A DNA stretch of 64,000 nucleotides from Squalus acanthias. Taxonomy: Eukaryota. The stretch covers positions 10,292,001 through 10,356,000 of the forward strand of contig CM059452.1 of assembly GCA_030390025.1 (NCBI GenBank), written 5' to 3'. Positions within the stretch are counted from its first letter, which is position 1, and each line of letters begins with the position of its first letter. Positions 45,061 to 57,141 of the stretch are shown here, in pieces. The notes under the pieces were generated by a model. The model was not told the DNA's origin and searched no databases. It worked only from the letters and a program-made list of their open reading frames with translations. Position numbers and translations under genes: made by a program.

Positions 45061-46124
45061 TTTGTTAAGTTTCATTTAAAGTTTTAATTGATTTACAGTA
45101 AATTTTGATTTGTCCAACCAAAAAGAGCAACACCAGGTTATAGCCTCAGCAGCCAGGAGAAGGAGAGTGAGGAGCAGCAGCAGCAGAGTGGTGGTCTCTG
45201 TGACCAGGAAGAGGAGAAGGAGAAGGAGACAGACAGCAGGCCACCACCAACAACCAACCACAACAACTGAGGTGCCTGGAGAGAGAGGACAGGAGAGGAG
45301 AGAGGGGAGAAAGGAAGGCCAAGGCCATCAAAACCAGAGGAGAGGCCTTTCCACACTGCCTCCTCAATTGGCCTCCATTTTAGGAGAGGGAGAGAGGGGA
45401 GAAAACAACACCAACAAACATCAACTGTTTGGAAGGAGGGAGGAAGGAAAGAACAGCTACAGGTGGGTGTGATTCTGGTGCACTCTCCCAGAGACTTTGT
45501 TTTGTAGGTGGGGGGAGGAAAGAAGAAAAGATTAGGGCCGGAACATCCAAGGGGTGTGTGTGTGTGGCTTCTGTAAAAGCTAGGCCGCACACACCATATT
45601 AAACACCCCTTTCCCATTGCCTGACCTGGGACAGCTGGAGCTGCCTAGGTGAAGTCCCCAATTAATTTAATCTTATTGGGCATCGTTAAGACCTGGTGCA
45701 GGACTGAGCCTGGGCATCTCCAGCTATCCCAGTTGAAGACATCTTCTCCCCCCACCAGAAGACCACCACCAAAGACTTTTATTACATCGGAGAGTGCACC
45801 CCCCTGCCAACACCCACCCACCCACCATCCTGAGTGGCGACCCTGCCCTTGCGGCTTCCCTCCTTCCCACCCCTCTCTCTCTCTCTTTGTCTCTTGTCTC
45901 TCTCTGCCTCTCTCTCTAAGAGGCACCTCATTATCTTTTAATTAAGTACCTATTGAGCAGAGGGGAGAAGGCCCCTCTCCTAATTAATTCATATAAAGGG
46001 AGAGGTGTGCCTTCAATTTAAGAGCTCCCTCTGCTCAGGGGAAAACAGAAACAAAAAACCGAGGCCATTAACACCTTCAGGCCTGTGACATGGGGTGAGT
46101 GTAGCCCTTAAAGACCCGTCCATT

Positions 46125-48274
46125 ATGGCGAGTACATCTTCGTCGGTGGCGGGGGCAGCGAGGACGTATGCGAGCGTGGCAGCCGCGGCCGCAGCCACGA
46201 GTCCTCCTGTTACCCCGTCACCTTTTACCCTCCTTACGAGGAAGAATGGGGTCAAGAGCTACACTCACCCCAACATGAATATAGAGGCGTGTGTTAAAGC
46301 CATGGCTGGGGTTGTCGGCCCTTCAGCCATCGTCGCCGCCTCTAAAATGTACGGCAAGGCTGTGTTCTTCCTGGGGTCGGAGCGGGCGGTGTCCCTGGCC
46401 ATCGAGAAGGGGCTCACCGTGGGCGGGACCTTCCTGCCGGTGGACCCCCTTGAGGCCACCGCGCAAAGGATTGTGGTTTCCAACGTCCCGCCCTTTGTTC
46501 CGGGTGAGCTCCTCCTCCCCCACCTACGTCAACTGGGGGAGGTGAGGTCGGGGATCACACCCATCCCGCTCGGCTTCCGGGAAGCCAGCCTTCGGCACGT
46601 CTTCTCCTTCCGGCGCCAGCTCTTCGTCCGGCTGGCGCGGGAGGAGGACGCGGATGGCGCGTTCACGGTGCTCCACGGGGGGACCGCCCACCGCGTCTTC
46701 TGGACCTCGGACGGCGTGCGGTGCTACGCCTGTAAGGAGGTGGGGCACGTCCGCAAAAACTGCCCCGCCTCCAAGGCCGCCACGACACCTGGCGCGGCCA
46801 GGGCTGGCGCCGCCGCCCCCCCTCCCCCTGATACTGTCCGCGCGTCGACGGCGACGGATGCGCGGTCGAAATCGGAGGCCAACGCCATCACGGCCTCCGG
46901 CGGGGGGGAGGGAGAGCGTCCGGGGGGAAGGAAGGCGCGTAGAAAAAATAAACACCTAAGGGCGGATCCCCTCGTGGAGGAAACATCCGAGTTGACCGAA
47001 CTCACGCCCGAGTACATTGCGGAGTTGATCGGGACGCCTGAGACTGGGGGGGTCCTCGTGCCCGGGCCCGTGACCGTGACCGCAACTGCTGAGGCAGCTG
47101 AATCAAGACCTGCGGCCGGGCTCGGGCCCGAGGGGCCCAAGAAACCCAGTCGTCGGAAGGGGGCAGAGAGGGAGGCCCCAGCAGACATGGAGGCCTCCCC
47201 CTCTCCGGGCCCCAACTTGTTAAAAAGAAAGCTCCGCCCCCAGGAGGAGGACTGCGAGGAGGAAGGTCCCTCCGCAGAAGGGGGGGAGTCGCCCGCCGCG
47301 GGTGCTGCGCCCCACCCCACCACCGTCATCGTCGCGCGTGATCGGCAGGGGTCGTCTGTCCCTCGGGAGGGTGAGACAGCCGAGTCTGTCCGACCTGTGC
47401 CTCCCAGGGATGGGGAAGAGACCCTGCCCGTGGGGGGGGGCGCGGAACAACCCGCGGATATCAATAATAAAAAACCTGAACCGTTGCTCCTCGCCGGGTC
47501 GGGCGTCCTGGGGACTGGGGCGGGCGAGGCCAAAGAGGCTGAAGCCGAGCCCGCCTTTTACAATCCAGATATCTCCCAGGGACTGCTCGACCTGGTGGAG
47601 GAGTATAACAATCCCCAGTCCGCTGGGTCGGAGGTTGGTGGCGGGGAGACAGAAAGCCCCCTGACTCCGACTCTGATGTTGGCGCCGGACGTACTGAAGG
47701 AATTTGAGATTATTTTCTCCCCGGTTTCTCCGGTCGCTCTGGCGCCTGAGGCGGGGGGGGCCCCGAACCGCCGCCGCCTCCCGGCCCGGCGCCCCTGAAG
47801 GAGCCCAGGGTGGACTCCTCTGCCACCGATCCTGGGGGTGGGATCGTGACGGAGGCGGGGCCGGCCGGTGCGGCCGAGCCGTTCGCTGCACCCCGTGCGA
47901 CAGACGGGTCGGCCGCCGGTGACGACCTCCCGGAGGAGGACGGGGACTCGGTGGTGGGCATCGAGGACGATTTGGAGTCCATCGGCAGCGAGGTGATGGA
48001 CGCCCTCATGCCCTTCACCGACTCTCCCCTCATCCCCGTTGGGGAACTCCGGGATTTTATGGCCATGAGCCAGGGTCGTCACAAGAAGATCCGGCTGGCC
48101 CTCGACAAGTGGTCGGAGCTGGCGCTGCTCGTCGTGTCCGTCCGCGCCGCCGTTAAAATCATGGGCGCGGACAAGGACGTTGGCCGGCTCGAGCTGCGTC
48201 GGCTCAAGAGTTTCCACACTGGGCTGCTGAGGGAGTGGCGGTCGTCAGTGACCGCGCTCCCTCCCCTCCGTTAG
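46125..48274 (+). CDS. Tx1 ORF1, copy 3 (frameshift at ~47760)
   Basis: Split ORFs 46095-47798 and 47810-48274. Confidence 0.85.
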
Positions 48275-48299
48275 GTAGAGGTTGCACTATGCTTCTGAG

Positions 48300-51200
48300 A
48301 TGAAGATAACCATAGCCAGCCTCAACATCAACGGCAGCAGGGAGGCGTGCCGTAGATTCAATAACTTCTCGGTCCTTCGGGACGGGAAATATGCGGTGTG
48401 CTTCCTGCAAGAAACCCACACCGTTCCGGGAGACGAGGCCACGTGGCTCCTGGAGTGGCAAGGAGGGGTCAGCATGAGTCACCTCTCTAACAATTCCTGC
48501 GGGGTGGCTGTCTTGCTGGCCCCGCATTTTCAGCCGGAGATCTTGAGGGTCAAGGAGCACGTGCCGGGCCGCTTGCTCCAGGTCACTGTTCGCCTGGGAG
48601 GCGTGCCGCTCCATTTAGTGAACGTGTACGCCCCCCGGACCGGTGCGCAGCAAGTGCGCTTCTTCGGAGAAGTGTCCACTCTTCTGGGCTCCATCGACGT
48701 GGGCGAGTGCGTCATCCTCGGGGGGGATTTCAATTGTACCCTCGAGGCGCGGGACCGGTCGGGTCCCCCGCGAAGCCCGGCGGCGATGGAGAAGTTGCGG
48801 GACCTGGTCGGGTCCTTCGACTTGGTGGACGTCTGGCGAAATCTCCATCCCGACTCCAGCGCCTTCACGAGCGTGAGGTCTGGAGGAGGAAGGTCCAGAA
48901 TCGACCGCCTTTACATTTCCCGGGCGTACGTCTCCTGCGTTCCGGCGGCTTCCATGCGGCCGGTGCCGTGCACGGACCACCACCTGGTGTGGGCGGAGCT
49001 CGCTCCGCTGCGCGCGTGGGGGGGGTCCGCGTACTGGCATTTTAACAACCTGCTGCTGGAGGACGCGCGGTTCCGGGATTCGTTTCGCCGGTTCTGGGCC
49101 GACTGGAGAAGGAAGCGGGGAGGCTTCCCCTCCTTGAGGCTATGGTGGGACGTGGGCAAGGCTCACGTCCGCGTCTTCTGTCAGGAGTACGCGAAGGGGT
49201 CGACCAAGAGGCGGGAGGCCCGGGTCGGGCGATTGGAGAAAGAAGTGCTCGACCTGGAGTCCCGTCTCGGTCAAGTCGTCGAGGACCCGGCCCTGCGGAA
49301 GGTGTACGAAGAGAAGAAGGGCGCGCTGAAGGACCTGCAGCTGGTCGGGTCCCGAGGCGCGTACGTGAGGTCGCGGATCCAGTTCCTGCGGGACCTGGAC
49401 CGCGGCTCCCCCTTCTTCTACTCGCTGGAAAAAAGACGGGGGGTCCGTAAGCAGCTCTTGGGGCTGCTGGCCGACGACGGATCTCTGGTCTCGGATCCGG
49501 AGGGCATCAGCGCGGAGGCCCGGGCCTATTACGGGGCTCTGTTCTCTTCGGATCCGTCCAGCGAGGATGCGCGCAGAGTTTTGTGGGAGGACCTGCCGAA
49601 GGTCGGCCCGGAGGGCGCCGAGAATTTAGAAGCTCCGCTAAGCCTGGCGGAGCTGACCGGCGCCCTGCGCCAGCTCTCGAGGGGCAAGTCCCCGGGGCTG
49701 GACGGGCTGACCGTGGAGTTCCACAGGGCGTTCTGGGACGTCTTGGGGGACGACTACGCGCGGGTCCTGGGGGAAAGTCTGGCGACCGGGGAGATGCCCC
49801 TCTCTTGGCGCAGGGCGGTCATCGTCCTGCTGCCCAAGAAGGGCGATCTCCGCCTACTTAAGAACTGGCGCCCGGTCTCCCTCCTCAGCACGGACTACAA
49901 AATTTTCGCCAGGGCTATGTCTGCTCGCCTTGGCACCGTGCTGGCCCGCATGATCCACCCCGACCAGTCCTACACGGTCCCGGGCCGGAGCAATCCACGA
50001 CAACATCCATCTGGTCCGGGACCTGGTCCACCATTCCCAGAGGGCTGGTCTGTCGGTCGCCTTCCTTTCCCTAGATCAGGAGAAGGCGTTCGACAGGGTG
50101 GATCACGAGTATCTTTTCGGGACTCTGCGCGCATTCGGGTTCGGGACGCATTTCGTCGCCCGGATCCGACTTCTGTACGCCGCCGCGGAGTGTCTGATTA
50201 AAGTTAACGGGTCTTTGACGGCGCCCCTTCGCTTCGGGAGGGGGGTGCGTCAGGGATGCCCCATGTCCGGTCAGTTATACGCCGTTTGCGTGGAGCCTTT
50301 CCTGCGCCTCTTGCGGAAGAGGTTGACGGGACTGGCTCTGCAAGGGCCGGGCGTGGAGGTGGTCCTCTCGGCTTACGCCGATGACGTGCTCCTCGCGGTC
50401 ACGGATCCCGTCGACTTGCGGAGGATGCGAGAATGCCAGCAGATTTACTCGGACGCATCCTCCGCCAAGATCAACTGGGAGAAATGTTCTGGACTCCTGG
50501 TGGGCCCATGGCAGGTGGACTCCCTGCCGGAGGAGTTCGGGCCTTTCGCCTGGAGCACCACGCACCTCCTCTACCTGGGAGTCTACCTCAGCCCGGCCGA
50601 GGACGCCTGGCCGGCGAACTGGCAAGAGCTGGAGGCCAAAGTCACCGCTCGCCTAGGGCGCTGGACAGGACTGCTCCGAGTGTTGTCCTACAGGGGTCGA
50701 GCGCTGGTCATAAACCAGCTGGTGGCCGCCATGTTGTGGTACCGGTTGGTCACTTTGATCCCTCCCCCTGCGTTTGTCGCCAAGATGCAGAAGAAGCTCG
50801 TCGACTTCTTCTGGGACAAAAGGAAGCACTGGGTCTCTGCCGCGGTTTTGAGTCTCCCGCTTAGGGAGGGCGGTCAGGCGCTGGTGTGCCTTCGCACCCA
50901 GGCGGCTACTTTCCGTCTTCAGACGCTGCAGAGATACCTGTACGTGGAGAATCCTCCTAGGTGGCGTGCGCTGGCGACGTATTTCTTCCGCCAGCTGCAC
51001 GGCCTCAATTACGACACGCAGCTCCTGTTTGTGAGAGTGGGTGGCACGCGTGCCAGCCTGCGGGAGCTGCCTGTCTTCTACCAGGAACTGCTATGGGTTT
51101 GGAACAGCGTCGCCTCCGAGCGCAGTTCTCCCCCGTCAGGAGCGGCGGCCGTCCTTCGGGAGCCGCTGTTCAGGAATCCGCACCTCCACGACCGCGGGTT

Positions 51201-52200
51201 CGGCTGGCTGGCGGAGGGCAGGGCTGTGCCCGGTAAGGTGACCAGAGTCGGGGACCTGCTCGATGGCGGAGGAGCGGGCTGGATGGCGCCGGAGGAGTTG
51301 GCGAGGCGCATGTCCTGGGTCAACGTCCGGCTCGCGGTCAAAGCCATCGAGTCGCTAAAAGTGGCACTGGGCCCCGTCTCCACTAGGTGTGTCGAGGAGG
51401 CTCAAGCACGTGGGGCGATCCCGTCCGAACTGACCCCCGTTCGGACGGAATTCCTTATCGGCGCCCGGCCCCGAATCCTCCCTCGGAAGCCGCCGCCTCA
51501 CCACTTGAGCCTTCTCGGAGAAATGCCCTCCGTGCCCTTTCAATCCGCACGGAGGCGTTTCCTGTACGGGCTGCTCCTGCACACTCTCCACTTTGCCATC
51601 TTCGTCTGCCGTCCGGACACGCCTTGGCGTACCATCCTGCCGTCCGGCGGAGGCAAAGGTCCCCATTGGAAGGCTCTCTACGCGGGAGTCTTCCCTTGTT
51701 CTATTGGGGACTTGGCCTGGAGGGTGTTGCACGGAGCAGTCCCGTGCAATAGGATTTTAAGTAGGTTTACGGACTCCCAGGCTGCTTGCCATTTCTGCGG
51801 CCTGGAGGAGTCCGTCTATCACATTTATGTTGAATGTGAGAGGTTGCAGCCCCTCTTTCATTATTTGAAGGGGCTGCTCCTCAATTTCTGGTTGCACTTC
51901 AGCCCCACGCTCCTGATCTACGGTCACCCGGTGCGGAGGGGAGTGGGTAGGTCGGAGGACCTCCTCGTAGGACTGCTCCTGGGCCTGGCCAAGAAAGCCA
52001 TTAATTGGTCCAGGCAGCGGGCGGTCGAGGGGGTCGTTCGGCCCGATTGCCTGCCTCTCTTCCGCGGCCATGTTCGCGCCCGGGTGGCCCTGGAGATGGA
52101 GCACGCGGTGTCCGCTGGCACGCTTGAGTTTTTCCGCGACCGGTGGGCGCCGCGGGGACTGGAGTGCATCGTCACCCCGGACTTTCAAATTTTAATTTGA
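48300..52200 (+). CDS. Tx1 ORF2, copy 3 (frameshift at ~49991)
   Basis: GGAGCAATCC versus GGAGTATCC in the other copies; split ORFs 48282-50201 and 50098-52200. Confidence 0.88.
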
Positions 52201-52269
52201 TTTATTAAGTTTCATTTAAAGTTTTAATTGATTTACAGTAAATTTGGGTTCTGTCAAACCAAAAAGATG

Positions 52270-53622
52270 AACACCAGGTTATAGTCCAACAGATTTATTT
52301 AATTTTACAAGCTTTCGAAGCAGTTCGCTCCTTCGTCAGGTAAGTTAGCAATGAGAGAATCTCCCAGAATTCACAATTTAAACCCAGACAAAATCTATTC
52401 ACATTATTCCCTACAACAAAGAGCACAGCCAAGACAATGAGATGTGTCCCAGGGGGTCCAACGTGTCAAACCACCTGCTGGCTGCATATCCTGTCAATTT
52501 GTGTTCTTGTTAGTCTTTTAAAAAAAAAAACACCTGGGAAGACCGGCCATGATGTCAAGTCACGTTCTGTATCGTGACATGAACCCGATATCGCGATTGA
52601 GGCCATCCTCATGAGTGCGGAACTTGGCTATCAGTTTCTGCTCTATGATTTTGCGCTGTCGTGTATCTCGAAGGCCGCCTTGGAGAACGCTTACCCGCAG
52701 ATCCGAGGCTGAATGCCCCTGGCTGTTGAAGTGTTCCCCGACTGGGAGGCAACCCTCCTGCCTGGCGATTGTTGCGCGGTGTCCGTTCATACGTTGTCTC
52801 AGTGTCTGCATGGTCTCGCCGATGTACCATGCTCTGGAGCATCCTTTACTGCAACGTATCAGGTAGACAACGTTGGCTGAGTCACATGAGTATGTACCGT
52901 GTACCTGGTGGGTAGTGTCCTCACGTGTAATGATGGTATCTGTGTCCATGATTTGGCATGTCTTGCAGAGGTTGCCGTGGCAGGGTTGTGTGGTGTCTTG
53001 GTTGCTGTTCTCCTGAAAGATGGGTAATCTGCTGCGAACGATGGTACTTTTGAGGTTAGGCGGCTGCTTGAAGGCGAGTAGTGGAGGCGTGGGGATGGCC
53101 TTAGCAAGGTGTTCGTCGTCATCGATGACATGTTGAAGGCTGCGAAGAACATGGCGTAGTTATTCCGCTCCGGGGAAGTACTGGACGACGTAGGGTACTC
53201 TGTTGGTTGTGTCCCGTGTTCGTCTTCTGAGGAGGTCTATGCGGTTTTTCGCTGTGGCCCGTCGGAACTGTCGATCGATGAGTCGAGCGTCATATCCCGT
53301 TCTTACGAGGGCGTCTTTCAGTGTCCGTAGGTGTCCATCGCGTTCCTCCTCGTCTGAGCAGATCCTGTGTATTCGCAGGGCTTGTCCATAGGGGATGGCT
53401 TCTTTAACGTGGTTAGGGTGGAAGCTGGAGAAGTGGAGCATCGTGAGGTTGTCCGTGGGCTTGCGGTAGAGTGAAGTGCTGAGGCGTCCGTCTTTGATGG
53501 AGATTCGTGTGTCCAAGAATGAAACCGATTCTGAGGAGTAGTCCATGGTGAGTTTGATGGTGGGATGGAACCTGTTGATGCTATCGTGTAGTCCTTTCAG
53601 TGATCCTTCACCATGGGTCCAT
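52270..53622 (-). mobile_element. Penelope-like retroelement copy B, 5'-truncated and frameshifted; host of the Tx1 array
   Basis: WTHGEGSL..FHPTIKLTMD..LYRKPT; NVVYLIRC..WYIGET..GLNRD; stop at 52560; 3' region with a hammerhead. Confidence 0.92.
52305..52343 (-). ncRNA. Minimal type I hammerhead ribozyme of Penelope B
   Basis: UUAC-CUGACGA-A-GGAGC(gaacu)GCUUC-GAAA-GC-UU-GUAA; its helices covary with copy A. Confidence 0.8.
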
Positions 53623-54399
53623 ATAAAGGATATAAAGAGACCGCGCGCTGTTCCTCCTCCCACTGCCTGGGGGAATGGGCCAGATATTTAAAGGGACAGG
53701 GACTCCCCTTTCTCTGTCTATTTATAGTTAAAGGGACAGACCCGTTTATCTTTGGAGTGTCGGAGGACTTCACTAACAGAGCTCCCATTAGCAGTCGCTC
53801 CCTTCTGTACTGTGCAGTGATTGTAAACCTGTCTGTTTCAGTGACTTGATCCTTTCTAAAATGTCTCTGTTTTTGATGATCCATTTGACTTGCTTGGTTA
53901 ATTTGGAAAGACTTCAGAATTTTGCAGTGTGACGAAGGTTTCATTTAAAGGTGGAGTGATATTTCTTTCTAAATATTCTTTTCTAAACCCCCCCCCACGC
54001 TTTAAAACACTCGGCACTACTGACTGGGAAGGTCACAAATTCAATCCTTGATCTGGGCTGTTAGTTGATCTCAACCAAGGCAGCAGTTCAGGGGCCATAA
54101 TTGGCCTCAGTACCACTGGGCTAAGTGTAAAAATCAGCCACTGCCCCTGCTCTTGATGGCGATCCAGTGACCTGAACTGGGAAGTGTATGGATGTCAATT
54201 GAGGGCAGGATTGGACTCGGCTGTGATGCCGACCACAGTGGAAATGCTGCTGACACTCACTGAGTCGGCTGACGGTGAGGCACTAGAGGTTAACTAATGC
54301 CTGTGGAATTGCACCCAGCCAGATTCAGCACCTTCTGGAGAGAAGGGGCGAAACAAAATCCCAGATGGTGTAATTAATGTTTTTAGACAGTAGGAATGG

Positions 54400-54850
54400 A
54401 TTCAGTTGCCCGTCTGAGGTGGAAACTCATGGATACAGTCACACCGGGGAGAGGCCATTCACCAGCTGAGTGTGGAAAGAGATTCACTCACTCATCTCAC
54501 CTATTAGCACACGGACATGTTCGTAATGGGGAGAATCCGTTCACTGCTCTGTATGTGGAAAGGGATTCTATCGACCATCCCATTTACTGACACACCAGCA
54601 CAGTCACACCGGAGAGAGACCGTTTAGATACTTCACGTGTGAGAAGGGATTGACTCCATTCTCCCACCTGTTGACACTCCAGAGTGTCCACATTGAGAAC
54701 AGATGCTTTAAATACTCTGACATTGAAAAAGCTTTCAAAGTTCAAAGCAGCTGATGCACGATCAGCGCATTGATACTGGAGAGAGGCTGATTCAATATCC
54801 TGTGTGTGGGAAGAAATTCACCCCACCTGCTGAGACTCCAGTGAGTTCAC
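54400..54850 (+). pseudogene. Highly degenerate C2H2 zinc-finger remnant
   Basis: HTGERPF, ECGKRFTHSSHLLAH and TGER-like linkers, with frameshifts. Confidence 0.75.
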
Positions 54851-55059
54851 AGGTGACTGCAGGGGTTTGGATTCTGTTATTAATCACATCCAGGACTGAA
54901 CCATGGCAGAGTGCCCGTGCACTTCGGTTTCTGTGTGAATTATTGATTAATTTTCTCTTCAATGGGATCACAGAAACTCATTCTCCATTCACTAATTGGG
55001 GCTTTCACTGTTCCCCAGCATGCCCCGCGGGGGAGAATGTGCCCCATTCACACTGGAGG

Positions 55060-55375
55060 AGCCCAGTGCGCAGGCGCAGTGCCCGCCTGTATTTCGAGCA
55101 TGCGCAGTGTCAGTGTGATTAGAGCCAGGCAAGTGCTGGGAGCGGGCCGAGTTAGGAGACGCGGTTTTTACGCCGATTACGAATCACCGGGGAGCAGAGA
55201 GGTAACGCACCCGGCGGGTGAGCTTCATAAACACCTGGTGCAGGTCGCAAGCCCCGAATGAGAACCTACAGGTTCCGTGTTTGCAGCTCCGGGGCTTTTT
55301 CGCGGTAACAGGCCCAGGCTAAGGGCGGCCATCTTTGTAAAGGAAAGCATTGTCTTTGTTCGCTGCCATCTTGAT
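55060..55375 (+). promoter_or_regulatory. CpG-rich promoter/first exon of the zinc-finger gene
   Basis: NRF1-like GCGCAGGCGC and GCATGCGC, a GAG|GTAAC donor at ~55201, and YY1-like GCCATCTT twice. Confidence 0.5.
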
Positions 55376-55444
55376 TCGCACGGCCGTCTTTGTAAAGGAC
55401 CAAAACGTGGGCAGGGCCTCAGGGTCCCCTTGAGTGTGGTAGTG

Positions 55445-55900
55445 ACCCAGCCAGAGTCAGCACCTTCAGGGGAGGAGAACCAGTGAGTGTAGAACTGAAC
55501 CCAGCCACAGTCAGCACCTTCAGGGGAGGGGAACCAGTGAGTGTAGAACTGAACCCAGCCAGAGTCAGCACCTTCAGGGGAGGAGAGGGAGGGGAACCAG
55601 TGAGTGAACTGAACCCAGCCAGAGTCAGCACCTTCAGGGGAGGAGAGGGAGGGGAACCAGTGAGTGTAGAACTGAACCCAGCCAGAGTCAGCACCTTCAG
55701 GGGAGGAGAGGGAGGGGAACCAGTGAGTGAACTGAACCCAGCCAGAGTCAGCACCTTCAGGGGAGGAGAACCAGTGAGTGAACTGAACCCAGCCAGAGTC
55801 AGCACCTTCAGGGGAGGAGAGGGAGGGGAACCAGTGAGTGAACTGAACCCAGCCAGAGTCAGCACCTTCGGGGGAGGAGAACCAGTGAGTGTAGAACTGA
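55445..55900. repeat. Minisatellite with a ~51-63 bp unit
   Basis: Unit GAACTGAACCCAGCCAGAGTCAGCACCTTCAGGGGAGGAGAGGGAGGGGAACCAGTGAGTGTA. Confidence 0.93.
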
Positions 55901-56104
55901 TCATACTGAAAACTGGGAGCGGAGGACAGACTATCTTGAGACGTCTTTGGATTTTAGCACAGGGAGGAGGGACAATATGTGGGACGGGGATTTACAGCTT
56001 TGGAGGAAGAAGAGAAGAAAGACTGTTCGATAGAAACTAAAATTGTCTGTTCTGAATTTCTGTCCTGTACTTACAGTGATGAATTTTGTAAACTCCTTTT
56101 ACAG

Positions 56105-57141
56105 GGTATTAGAACGGGAGGATTTGCAGATGGGAAACTCAAACCAAACATCATGTCAAAATCTGACAGTCACTCGTTTACTCAGGACCTGAATATCATC
56201 GGCCTTTGAATGTGGAAGGAGAAATGTTTGTCTGTTCTGTCTGTGGGAAAAGATTTCAAAGAACAGTATGACTGGAAAAGCACCAAGACACACACACCCG
56301 AGTGAGAGTGTTTCAGTGCACTGACTGTGGAAAGAGCTTTAACCAGTTACACAGCCTGAAAAAACATCGCACCATTCACAGCGGGGAGAAACCGTACACG
56401 TGTTCTGTGTGTGGACAAGGCTTCAACTGATCGTCCAACCTGGAAAGATACAATGACACCCGCACCACGGAGAAACCATGGAAATGTGGGGACTGTGGGA
56501 AGGGATTCAATTACTCGTCTGAGCTGGAAATTCATCATCGCACTCACACTGGGGAGAGGCCGTTCACCTGCTCCATGTGTGGGAAGGGATTTACTCAGTC
56601 ATCCGACCTGCTGATACACCAGCAAGTTCACACTGGGGAGAGACCGTTCACCTGCTCTGAGTGTGGGAAGGGATTCACTCGATCATCCACCCTGCTGATA
56701 CACCAGCGAGTTCACACTGGGGAGAGACCGTTCACCTGCTCCGTGTGTGGGAAGGGATTCATTCAGTCATCCGACTTGCTGATACACCAGCGAGTTCACA
56801 CTGGGGAGAGACCGTTCACCTGTTCCGTGTGTGGGAAGGGATTCATTCAGTCATCCGACTTGCTGATACACCAGCGAGTTCACACTGGGGAGAGGGCGTT
56901 CACCTGCTCCTTGTGTGGGAAGGGATTCCCTTCATCATCCAGCCTGCTGATACACCAGCGAGTTCACACTGGGGAGAGACCGTTCACCTGCTCCATGTGT
57001 GGGAAGGGATTTACTGAGTCATCCCACCTGCTGACACACCAGCAAGTTCACACCGGGGAGAGGCCGTTCACCTGGTCTGAGTGTGGGAAGGGATTCACTC
57101 AGTCATCCAACCTGCTGAGACTTCAACGAGTTCACAAGTGA
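56105..57141 (+). pseudogene. Tandem C2H2 zinc-finger gene exon (~11 fingers); stops and a frameshift in fingers 1-3, remainder open
   Basis: TTTACAG acceptor at 56104; repeated [27 protein letters not shown]; TGA at ~56269 and ~56428; last finger has C>W. Confidence 0.85.

Larger units (their letters stand above)
37989..45127 (+). mobile_element. Tx1-clade non-LTR retrotransposon, copy 2 (full length)
   Basis: Near-identical to copies 1 and 3; preceded by Penelope target sequence at 37937-37988. Confidence 0.93.
45144..52269 (+). mobile_element. Tx1-clade non-LTR retrotransposon, copy 3 (full length)
   Basis: Preceded by CAACACCAGGTTATAG (45128-45143) and followed by Penelope B. Confidence 0.93.

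Noticed and set aside
31943-52188. Many antisense and alternate-frame ORFs within Tx1
   Set aside because: They are shadow ORFs of GC-rich coding sequence and recur only because the copies are near-identical.
52305-52343. Hammerhead processing the Tx1 transcript into unit lengths
   Set aside because: The ribozyme is antisense to Tx1, and the junction pieces hold only part of it.
55419-56040. Repetitive 161 and 185 aa ORFs
   Set aside because: They are translations of the minisatellite.
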